This document shows positions 24,687-35,379 of a stretch of DNA of 64,000 nucleotides, piece after piece. The translations under genes and the position numbers were made by a program. Under the pieces are notes generated by a model. That model was not told the DNA's origin. It ran no database searches and saw only the letters and a list, made by a program, of their open reading frames with translations. Source of the stretch: Antedon mediterranea (Eukaryota > Animalia > Echinodermata); contig NC_092671.1 of the NCBI RefSeq assembly GCF_964355755.1, positions 4,650,001-4,714,000 of the forward strand, in the 5' to 3' direction. Position 1 is the stretch's first letter. Every line of letters begins with the position of its first letter.

Positions 24687-24906
24687 TATGCTGTAAATGT
24701 TCAATTAATTGATCATTCCGATTTTATTAGTTGGACTCTTGCACAGTTGCTGTGTAATTGTTGTTGTGTAATATCATTTCGAACCATATTAAAATCATAA
24801 AGAGATTCATATTCCTTAACATGTGGCTGTGCATGGAAGTCTGGTCTACACAAACTCGGGCCCGGGCCTGAAAGTGTTGGTGAATTCATAATTATACTTA
24901 ATATTA

Positions 24907-24911
<5 letters not shown>

Positions 24912-24960
<49 letters not shown>
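24912..24960. repeat. (TA)n microsatellite
   Basis: Read directly from the sequence. Confidence 0.95.
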
Positions 24961-24964
<4 letters not shown>

Positions 24965-25249
24965 TATTATTATACAATTGAAAGCAAAACCCGTTGAATC
25001 TCAAATCATTAGGACTAGAAATTTGGCTTATCAATCAAATAAATACTTTCGTTCAAAATGAAACTCCAACCTCTCTAATCAAAAGATTGAACTCGAAAAC
25101 GGACCGTTTTTTTGAATTGGGTATGTTGAAACATTTCAATATTCATTTAAAAAAGTACATTAATTATGGTATTGATCAGTGGCTATAGAGGCGTAAAAAC
25201 CCTCGGTCAATATCATGTAAAATGCACTGTGGAAGGGTCATTATTAAGA

Positions 25250-25753
25250 CTGCAAAATTGGGCTTATCAACAAATAAATACTTTCGTTCAAAATGTAAAA
25301 TCAAGGCTGAAAAATTGGGCTTATCAACAACAAAATATTTTATTATTAGACGCGATAACATCAAGGATAATCAGTATAATTATTAATATAGCCACTGTTA
25401 ATAGTTTTATTCTACATGCTAAAGTAAATAAAAATCCACTAGAAAACAAGCAAGTCTGAATGTTATGCTTATTAGCCATTCTATGTTTGTTACTGTAGGC
25501 CTGCAAAATTGGGCTTATCAACAAATAAATACTTTCGTTCAAAATGTAAAATCAAGGCTGAAAAATTGGGCTTATCAACAACAAAATATTTTATTATTAG
25601 ACGCGATAACATCAAGGATAATCAGTATAATTATTAATATAGCCACTGTTAATAGTTTTATTCTACATGCTAAAGTAAATAAAAATCCACTAGAAAACAA
25701 GCAAGTCTGAATGTTATGCTTATTAGCCATTCTATGTTTGTTACTGTAGGCCT
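25250..25753. repeat. 251-bp tandem duplication
   Basis: 25250-25500 repeated from 25501; ORFs 25166 and 25465 have identical C-termini. Confidence 0.9.
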
Positions 25754-26139
25754 ATGATTGTTTGCAATGTCCACATATTATTTCCGTGGGCATATCCATA
25801 GTGTATCACTCACAAAAAAGACGTGTGAGGTTCTTTCTTTAGATTTTGAAGAATGATTTGTGTTACTGGTTCACACAAGAGTCAAATGCTCAAGATATCA
25901 GCTAACGCCATGGGACCCTTGGCTTATCAATGAATAATAAATACAGTACTACTTTCGTTCAATTGAAATCGGAATCTGACCGTTTCATTAAATTGGGTGT
26001 GATTAGGCCTAAACATATAATAATTTATTAAAAAGGTACAATAAAAACAAATGCATCAGAGGCGTAAAGAACCCACGGTCAATATCATGTAAAATGTATA
26101 TGGTATAAGCACTGTGGAAGGGGTCATTATTATTAAACT

Positions 26140-26412
26140 GGAAAATTCGGCTTATCAACAAATAAATACTTTCATTTAAAATGTAAAATAAGAATGCAAA
26201 ATTGGGCTTATCAACAAATAAATACTTTCGTTCAAAATGTAAAATAAGACTGCACAATTGGGCTTATCAACAAATAAAATACTTTTTTTTCAAAATGTAA
26301 AATTAAGACTGGAAAATTGGGCTTATAAACAAATAAATATTTTTTTTCAAAATGTAAAATTAAGACTGGAAAATTGGGCTTATAAACAAATAAATACTTC
26401 CGTTCAAAATGT
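26140..26412. repeat. ~57-bp tandem repeat inside the Helitron
   Basis: AAAATTGGGCTTATCAACAAATAAATACTTTCGTTCAAAATGTAAAATAAGACTG-like units, also at 25015-25340. Confidence 0.85.
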
Positions 26413-26441
26413 AAGAAAACATTTTTTAAATATAATCCTTA

Positions 26442-26592
26442 AGCTCTGTCTATACTATCAAACTAAATATGATGTGCCCATATTATATAGACATGACGAT
26501 GTCATAACACTACGATATTCGGGCATATCACTACCATATTTGGGCACATCACACTTTTTTTGTTAAACTAGTTGGGACAGTGTAGACAGAGA
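26442..26592. mobile_element. MITE, AGCTCTGTCTACACT family (Harbinger-like)
   Basis: Related copies at ~49360-49463 and 62847-63006. Confidence 0.65.
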
Positions 26593-27469
26593 ACTATGTG
26601 ATCGAAACATAAGTCGGAATTGGACTGACGCGATTGATTTAATTGGGTATTTTTATTAATGTAATGATTCATTAAAAACTATAATACCGATACGCGTTTG
26701 GTATTGATCAATGGTGCAAAAAACCCTGAGAAATAATGTTATAACGCGATTTGGTGATAGCTTAGCAATAATACAACCCATATACTATTATTATAAATAC
26801 CTATTACAAATCCATTCATATAACTTTTCATCGCGAACCGAAAATGTATAAATGTTATTCTACAGACAGTAATTATATATTCAAAAGCCATATTATTATT
26901 ATTATCAATACCTAAATGCGATAGTAATAACCACATACATTATTCCCAATACAAGTTTGTGCGTTTAATTCTAGAAAGAAACGACTGTGCTGACAGGCCA
27001 ATGACATAAATCACAATTAGTAAAGTCCCAATTGTTCACTTGCGTTTTGATTGGCCGACCTATTATATTAGATTAATGAAGACTGTTCTTACAACTGTCC
27101 AGTCAAAAAGTTACGCGGCGTTTTTTGTAAGAAATATTTCTTGTTTACACTGAAATTACTGTGTATTCGAGAACCATCTGAGGGTACGACCTAGATGGTA
27201 CACGAGCGACACGAGCGTACCATCTAGTTTTGATAATTTTAGTATTAAACTTTTATGCGGAGCAGCAGACAATACACGCGATCGAAATGAAAATCCAGCT
27301 ATTTATATTGGAAAATAATAGCTTACATTGTTTTCTTTGCGATTCACGCGAATACATTCATCCGGTGAATTTACACATTTACTTAATTTCTGGTTCTTCA
27401 AACATGATTTGCTTAATGGATGTTTAATTAAATAATAACTGATTACAACTATTGTTTTAGCTTATAAAT

Positions 27470-27635
27470 AATCGTTACATTTTCTTCCGGATCCTGCAGA
27501 AAAAGACGTCAACAAATTCTTGTTTAAAACGTTCATTTATCACATTGTATAATAAAGGATTTAAAGATGAATTTATATAAATTCCTAAACGAAGATACAT
27601 CCGATCCAATGATATTATAATAATATTCTTAACAA
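27470..27635 (-). pseudogene. GPCR C-terminal relic (third copy of the 5252/7977 subtype)
   Basis: Matches IIGSDVS...LGIY.NSSLNPL...FVDVFSAG coding DNA. Confidence 0.7.
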
Positions 27636-27788
27636 TAACCACAATGTCACTTACTACGGTATCCCTGCTACTAAATCATGCTACGGTTAGTATGATCTAT
27701 GTGATGCATAATTAATTACTTAATAATAATCATTTCATTCAAAATTGTAAATGTTTTTTAAAGAATCTAGATTTGATGTTAGGCTTAA

Positions 27789-27972
27789 AGATATATTGTC
27801 TCCCTAAACATTTTTATTTTTCAAATTTGTTGTTGAATATGCCATGAAATAATTATTTATTTTGGTTTTTCTTTACAGAAGTGAATAACTTTATTAAAAC
27901 TGCAAAATGGCCTAATTTAAAGTCTGATTTTATTAATCTTCATTTTTCATGTTTTTGGGGAACAATATATCT
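27789..27972. mobile_element. TTAA-flanked AG...CT MITE (Kolobok/Crypton-like)
   Basis: TTAA|AGATATATTGT...ACAATATATCT|TTAA; family copies at 54777 and 61268. Confidence 0.7.
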
Positions 27973-28074
27973 TTAAGAATAATTTAACATTAGAAAATAA
28001 ATGTTATTCTTAACGTAGCAACATGTTAGTACCTATACTATTCCATAGTTAAATACATCATATAACAACAACAT

Positions 28075-28665
28075 AACATCAACAAATGCTCGTCTTAAAC
28101 GTTCATTTACTACAGTATAATATATCAAAGGATTTATTTACAGAAGAATTCAAATATACTCCCAAACGACGACATGCAAAAGCAAAACAAAGTCTGATGC
28201 AACAATCTTTAAGAAATACAGTACATCGAACACTTTAAATGGCGTCATGCAGAAAAAATCAACCGTCACTGTTAAAAAAGCAGTCCAGAATATTTTCCAC
28301 TCAGATTTAGAACAACTTGAGTCAGTCTAGCAAGAATTTGGCACGGTATATCTGGATTTTCTTAAAGAATAGAGCATAAGTAAATACAAAATTAAAATAA
28401 TTGTAATTAACACCATAGTGATAGTAAGGTTCAGCATCCACAAAACTTCATATAGTTTATAATAGTCTTGTTTAAAACGACATAGTTGCACGGGTTGAGA
28501 TACCTCTATACATATCAGGCCAAGGGATATGATCAGTGATAATTGTTTGTAAATAGAAAAATGTGCCATATTGACCGACAAACTGAAAATTCATAGAATT
28601 GCACATACTTTTACGCAAGTCTACTTATTTTGAACTGATGCAAACGTCGGTATAACATTCGACGT
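28075..28665 (-). pseudogene. GPCR pseudogene fragment (TM3 end to helix 8)
   Basis: PWPDMYRG coding DNA, LMLYSLRKSR and SKSE.KIFWT with frameshifts and stops. Confidence 0.8.
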
Positions 28666-29333
28666 TAATGTTAAAGTATCTAAATTGAAATGACTATCAA
28701 AGTGCGTTATTGTTATTCTTTAAAATTCAATACATTCAAAGAGAACGATATCGAACGGTAAAGTAGGGACGCCGGAAACAATAGTCCAACAATCGGTGCA
28801 GGATCTAAAGATATACATTCTCTTCTTGAATAAGGAATTAAACCTGGAGGTTCACTGTAGGCCTGCACATGTGGCTCATATGCACTTTAAAGAACCCAGT
28901 GCATCTTCTGGGGGTTAATTACCCCAATGTACTTGTAAATATCGGCACCTCGTTGTGGTCAAACAAATGAACGCCGCTGTATGGAACTTGGCAGTTTATT
29001 TCCACTCATTTATATTAAGTAATACACTTACAATCCGGATGAATGTCTCTTCTTACAGAAATCCCTGTTCGTCTGTGCTGCATCGATCGGTGACAGTGGT
29101 AGCCATAGAGCTCAAAGTTCATCTGCCAAATGTTTATCTGGTATTGCGTTGTACGGTACCAACATCAGCAACGTTTGTTTTAAGATGATGTGTATATATT
29201 TCTGCCAAATCCGGATGTAGTCAAGCAAAGTATATATTTCCATAATAATTATTACCAACACAGAATACATGAAAGAATCAGAGAAAGTTATCGCCACAAT
29301 GCAATAAATCTCATATAACTTACAACTTAACAC

Positions 29334-30416
29334 TCAATGGGGAAACATATCATTTATTTTCCTGCGAATTCTGGTATAGAAAACGACAAAAAATGCTTGC
29401 CTAAATTTCTCATTTACTACATTATAAATCAAGGGATTTATAGATGAGTTTAAATATAATTTCAGTGGACAAGTAACTATAAACATTACCCAAATTTTCT
29501 CTATTTCAATAATATAAAGGTAGTATAATGTTCCAAAAATATAAAACGGTAGCATGAGAAGAACATAAACCGTGACTGTCACAAAAACTGTCCAGAATAT
29601 TTTCATCTCAGATTTAGAGCGTGGGTCGGTCTCGCTTGAAATTAGCATCATTTTTCGGGAATTTCTTACAGAATAGAACATAAGTGAATTTAAAATTAGC
29701 ATTGTTACAATTGCAATCATAGTGAAAGCAACGTTTAGTGTCCACATAATTTCATATAGTTTATAATAATTTGGATTAATAACACATATAGTTATACGTT
29801 TTGATATACCTCTATACATATCTGGCCAAGGAAAAATGGCGGATACACGTATGGAATAAGAAAATATTATTATATCCACCAACAAACTGGAAATCCATAT
29901 AATTGCGCAGACTTTCACAGCTCTTGAGAGAGTACCAAATCCACTTGCTTGAAACTGAAAAGGTCTACAAACTGCCATATAACGTTCAACAGAAAGCGAA
30001 CACAGCGTTAATATGGCTACATGAGTGGCATTAACGCTAAAATAAGACCAAAATTCACATGTCCAGTTCTTTTCTACTTCTTCAACATAAATACAAGCTG
30101 CATCATAATAATATAGGTTCCAACTATTGTGCCATACAGCATATGGTGCCGTAGTAAGAAGCAACGCATCAGCTAATGCCAAGTTAGCTAGATACACGTA
30201 GACTGAGGTGTGTAATTTACTCACTATAACGATAAACGTCATTATGTTACTGACAATGCCAAAAGCAACAAGAACAGAAACAATAATACCTACAATCTTT
30301 TGCCAGTCACTAGAGAGGAACATATCAATAAACGTATCATAGAAACTCTTATCCAATATTAGGTCTAAAAGCCTATGTTCCGATGAATTATAGGATAAGA
30401 CACATGAAAAATTCAT
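29334..30416 (-). CDS. Intronless class A GPCR, 360 aa
   Basis: Uninterrupted 7TM ORF with LALAD, ERY, PWPD and NPLIY. Confidence 0.92.
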   Translation of the reverse strand: MNFSCVLSYNSSEHRLLDLILDKSFYDTFIDMFLSSDWQKIVGIIVSVLVAFGIVSNIMTFIVIVSKLHTSVYVYLANLALADALLLTTAPYAVWHNSWNLYYYDAACIYVEEVEKNWTCEFWSYFSVNATHVAILTLCSLSVERYMAVCRPFQFQASGFGTLSRAVKVCAIIWISSLLVDIIIFSYSIRVSAIFPWPDMYRGISKRITICVINPNYYKLYEIMWTLNVAFTMIAIVTMLILNSLMFYSVRNSRKMMLISSETDPRSKSEMKIFWTVFVTVTVYVLLMLPFYIFGTLYYLYIIEIEKIWVMFIVTCPLKLYLNSSINPLIYNVVNEKFRQAFFVVFYTRIRRKINDMFPH

Positions 30417-30729
30417 ACTGCGCCTCGCAATTATAAGAAGTATGCCTATATATGCGATGACTGTATTCTTGCTTTAAAAAATAAGATGTCTTAGTTTCCT
30501 TTTCTTTCGTGGTGATTCGCAAAACTAATGGTGTGTTCAAATAAACTGTGCTATTATACCAATTTCATCTGGCAGACAATTTGTCTATTAAAAAGCGGGC
30601 GTGACCATTTGCGAAAAAAAATTATTCAAAGACGTAATTTACAACCATTTTATCTTGTAAACAGCGTACTAACGCCTACCACACACCAGAACGATAACGA
30701 TCGAGATCTACTATAAATACGGTAATTAT

Positions 30730-31002
30730 AATATTTATATAGAAGCTAATACCATATTATTTTAGAGGGTGCTAATATTTTACTAAAACTTTAGGAAGTT
30801 TGTAATAGCCTTGTTTAAAGATATAGTTGCAAGATTTGAGATATACCTATAAATATCAGGCCAGAAAGAAGACGGATGCTCGTTCGTAAATTACAAAATA
30901 TACCGTATTACCCAGACACAGACTTTAACGGATCTTCAGAAAGTTCAAGATCTACTTGTTTTTAACTGGTAAGTTCTAAAAACTGCCATATAACGTTCAA
31001 TT
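30730..31002 (-). pseudogene. GPCR relic (ERY to TM5), copy 1 of a local duplication
   Basis: AACTGCCATATAACGTTCAA and WPD-like DNA; ~30710-31241 is duplicated at ~31543-32298. Confidence 0.7.
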
Positions 31003-31559
31003 GACATTTTTCTATTTTTGAAAACACAAGAAGATTTGATGCACGTTTTAACGAATCAAAATTCAGTGAAACCAGTTCATACCCGGATTCTAGAATTGGT
31101 ATTCTTGTAACCTAAACTCTTCTTAAAGCCTACGCCTCCTACACTGTGAGCCTACTAGTAGAGGCAGAGGAGTCCTTCTAGCCTAGGCCTACATCAGGAA
31201 ATTGTTATGTATAATGTATGATGTTGGCCTAGAATTGGTAAGTAAAATAACGGTACATTTGTTTCTTACACAAAACAAAAGAAATTTGAGAAATTTTCTT
31301 CTTCGAACTATAGGATTTATGCGGTCATTGATAAAACTAATATTTGTTAAAAAAATCAAATGACGTCATGATCATAAAATCGTTTTTATCGTTACGATAA
31401 TAATGCTCTAATTGTGACGTCATTTGATTAGACGAGTGACAATATTATTTTCATCAAAAGCAGCATAATGATTATCCTATGAACAATTTAATTACCTTCC
31501 TTCCGAATTATAATTTAAGATTAGTACATTTAATCAAGAACTACTATAAATAATGATTA

Positions 31560-31838
31560 TATTTATATAGAAGCTAATGTTAACCATATTATTTTAGAGG
31601 CTGCTAATATTTTACTAAAACTTTACGCAGTTTGTAATAGCCTTGTTTAAAGACATAGTTGCAAGATTTGAGATACATCTATAGATATCAGGTCAGGAAG
31701 AAGACGGATGCTCGTTCGTAAATTACAAAATATACCGTATTACCTAGACACAGACTTTAACGGATCTTGAGAAAGTTCAAAATCTACTTGTTTTTAAAAA
31801 ACTGGTAAGTTCTAAAAACTGCCATATAACGTTCAATT
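31560..31838 (-). pseudogene. GPCR relic, copy 2 of the local duplication
   Basis: Near-identical to 30730-31002. Confidence 0.7.
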
Positions 31839-31927
31839 GACATTTTTCTATTTTTGAAAACATTTAAAGCACGTTTTAACGATTTCAAGATTCTGTCAAA
31901 CCAGTTTATATTTTTAAGTACCCGGAT

Positions 31928-32104
31928 GCATTATTTTTTCCTATCTAATTAAGCCAGAAATCATGAATAATTCATTACCTTAATTATTTAATCTCTATGC
32001 ATGTTTATATAGCGCCCTCTATAATGTTCCATATTATGTCATAATTATTCTAATGAATTATTCATGATTCCTGGCTTAAGGATAGGAAAAAATAAAAATA
32101 ATGC
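31928..32104. mobile_element. Mutator-like MITE with 9-bp TSD, same family as 4018-4393
   Basis: TACCCGGAT at 31919-31927 and 32105-32113; empty site at ~31080; shares AGAAATCATGAATAATTCAT and AGCGCCCTCTATAATGTTC. Confidence 0.85.
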
Positions 32105-32240
32105 TACCCGGATTCTAGAATTGCTATTCTTGTAACCTAAACTCTTCTTAAAGCCTACGCTTCCTACACTGTGAGCCTACTAGTAGAGGCAGGATAGTCC
32201 TTCTAGCCTAGGCCTACATCAGGAAATTGTTATGTATAAT

Positions 32241-32265
32241 CATGGAGTAAAGTCTTTACTCCATG
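32241..32265. mobile_element. 25-bp palindromic insertion with 7-bp TSD
   Basis: GTATAAT|CATGGAGTAAAG-T-CTTTACTCCATG|GTATAAT; empty site at ~31209. Confidence 0.85.
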
Positions 32266-33173
32266 GTATAATGTATGATGTTGGCCTAGAATTGGTAGGT
32301 ACCTCTCTCAAATAGTTTGTTTAACAAGTTTCAATGTGTATCTTCTTCAAACTGTTTCAATTGTTTGCGTTACTACGACGATGTCGATGAAAAGAGACCC
32401 AAAACGTTCAACGCTAGTAATAAAAATGTTCGCGCTATCGTTATCATTTCAAATTGACCGTTTTCAAATGATCGTCGTTGAACTAGCTTCGAATAACATC
32501 TACTGGAAAACAGGCTTTAAGGAGGAACATATTAATGAAAGCACCATATAGTCCCATCAATTGGGTTCAAAAATTCTTCAATCTCATTGGTGCAAATGAG
32601 GCTGAAGGCCACCTGCTGGGTTATTAATTGGATTACCCTCATAAAATAACTGGCTATCGGCAGCAATAATTGTCCAGAAAAAATCATCATCCGGACATAA
32701 TTGAGCGTTCAAAACCAAATTATGGCGAGATCATATAGATAATCTAGTTAAATTAACTAGCCATAGTTCGATGTGAACGCCACTATTGGATGTTGAATTT
32801 CCGTGTTCAGATATATCAGAGGCTGCCTTGGTCAGTGACATATTTCCTGTTTTACAATTTAAATATATGTACTTGAAAACAATAAAAGTACGGCAACGGC
32901 AAGTATTGGCAACAACAAATGTGATACCACGTGGTAGTCAGCGGTTACACTTTAAAAAATGTCAATTCTTTAATTAAACATAAACTTTAAGTTCAAATAC
33001 TTTATACCAAATAAAGCTAGGACCTACTTTATCTCAAAGCGAGGTGTTAAGAAGAAACTTCAGCAACAAAAGTTATGGCGATGATGATGAATAATGTATT
33101 CTTCTATGGATGTGAATTCCCGAAAAAAAAAGCGAGAAATAATTGTGAGTAATTTTTTGATAGACAAATGGTG

Positions 33174-34238
33174 TCAACGATGAAACATATCAATTAATTT
33201 CTGTCGTATAATGTTATAGAAAACATCAACGAATGCTTGTCTGAAATCTTTATTTACTAAATTATATATTAACGGATTTACTGAAGAATTTAAATATGTT
33301 CCTAAACGACAAATATTAAAAAGCCAGGACACATTACATCCAAGAATATCAAACAAGTACAATACTCCAAATAAATATAACGGTGTCATACAGAAAACAT
33401 AAACTGTAACTGTCACAACAACTGTCCAGAATATTTTCCTCTCAGATTTAAAACGCGGGTCGTTCTCGCTTGAATTTGGCATCATTTTTCGGGATTTCCT
33501 TAAAGAATAGAGCATACGCGAAAATAAAACAACTATAATAACATTTAACAGCATAGTTATTGTAAATTGCAGTGTCCACAAAATTCTACAAAGTTTAATG
33601 TAGCTTGCATTAAAACAACATACAGTTGCACGATTTGAGATACCTCTATACATATCAGGCCAGGGAAGAATGATGGACACTCGTTCGTAAATAACAAATA
33701 ATATAGTATGTACTGACAAACTAAAAATTCACATAATTGTGCAGATTTTTACAGATCTTGAAAGAGTGCCAAATCCACTTGTTTGAAACTGATATGGTCT
33801 ACAAACTGCCATATAACGTTCAATGGAAAGCCAAAATATGGTTAAACTTGCTGCAACTACAGCACTATTAGGAAAATAATCCAACAGTCCACATACCCAA
33901 CCGTCCCTTCTTGCTTCAATAGTATATGGTATCGCAATGAACTCGATTCTATATACTGGCATGGGTGCCATAATTAAATGCAACGTATCAGCTATAGCTA
34001 AATTGGCTAGATACAGATACACTGATTTGTGTAATTTACTCACTATAATGATAAATGTCATGGTGTTTCCGACAATTCCTAAAGCGACAACAACAGGAAT
34101 GATATTGTAACGTAAAATCGTCTCCCAGTCACTAAAGAGGAACTTATCAATGAGATCGTCGTATTGTTGACTCGTGTTAGACGATGAAGTTTCATATCTC
34201 GGTGCGTCACTGGATGTATTATCGATTGATAATGCCAT
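33174..34238 (-). pseudogene. Full-length GPCR (354 aa if read through) with a single in-frame TGA at Trp4.50
   Basis: ORFs 33729..34238 and 33174..33719 are in the same frame: KICTIM*IFSLS versus KVCVVIWIFSLS in paralogs. Confidence 0.88.
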
Positions 34239-35379
34239 TTTTGTTCATAAAATTTCTTTTTCTACCAGTTGAACTGTGCTTCAAAATTAATTATAAGTAG
34301 GTCTACGACGAAGACCAGTGTTTGTAGATTCGGTTGGTTGGTTGATAAATATTCGTGAAGAATGTCGTACGACAGCTTCACTTCTTAACTTAACTGGCGG
34401 GTTGTCGCAATACTATTCCGTGTAAAAGATGTGTTTAAAACTAATATACTGTACGACATTATCTGGTAAATAATTCAGATGCTGTATTCAAATCCGGAGA
34501 CTCTCCAATTGTTTTAATGCACTGCCATTTCATCTGGTAAACGATTTATTTATTCAATGAAAGAGGATTCTAGGAAGTTTCTATAATTTAAAAAACACAT
34601 AAAGTGGAGATGTACACATTTTTAATTAAACGATTTGATTCTGTATTACCTCTTTTTAAATAAAGCACAGCTTTCAATGTTGACATTTAAAAGTGTATCC
34701 AATATTATATATATACACAGTCGATCGTTTATAATTTTGAATTTCCGAGCAAATTGTATTTGTTTTGCTATTTTTCTGTTCAATATTAATTATAGAAATT
34801 ATTAAAATTCAAATATTATTATATTTCAATATATAGTTAGATTCTGTATTATATTCTGTTCCAATGCCAATAAATTTCAAATCGATATATTTAAATTTCG
34901 GTAAACTTCAATGTCAATAAATTTAGATTTGATATATTTAAATGTCGGTAAATTTCAATGTCAATAAATGTTGATATCGGTATATTCAACTATTCTCACT
35001 GTATCTAGATTTCCCCCGTATCATAATGTGATACATATGCAATTTTGTATTACGGAATTTTCCTGAGATACTGAAAAAATATTTTCGTATGTGGAGATAC
35101 AGTAGGGGCTATTGAGAATCGGGTAAAATGTTGGAAGAAAGCGATATCTTTAACGTTAATTTAGTTTAGGAATCAATTTGTGGATTTTAAAAAAAGTATA
35201 CATTTCCATTCACTATCAATCGACGGTTATAAAAATGTACACAATAAATTGTCAGCTACAATATCAAAGGGTAAATAATGGAATAAAGATAACGACTTGA
35301 TAAAAATAGCCATATCATTACAACGTAATTAGCCAGGCCTACTAACACTTCTTCAAACAAACCGTGAATTACTTTCGTC

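Larger units (their letters stand above)
22476..27227 (+). mobile_element. ~4.75-kb non-autonomous Helitron
   Basis: A|TCTATACATAAA 5' end; 3' CTAGATGGTAC...GTACCATCTAG|T hairpin end; interrupts a GPCR 3' flank that is contiguous in paralogs at ~4975 and ~7700; no TSD. Confidence 0.75.

Noticed and set aside
33720-33731. Frameshift, intron or selenocysteine between the two GPCR ORFs
   Set aside because: The pieces are in frame with no missing residues; the position is Trp, not Cys, in paralogs and no SECIS was recognised
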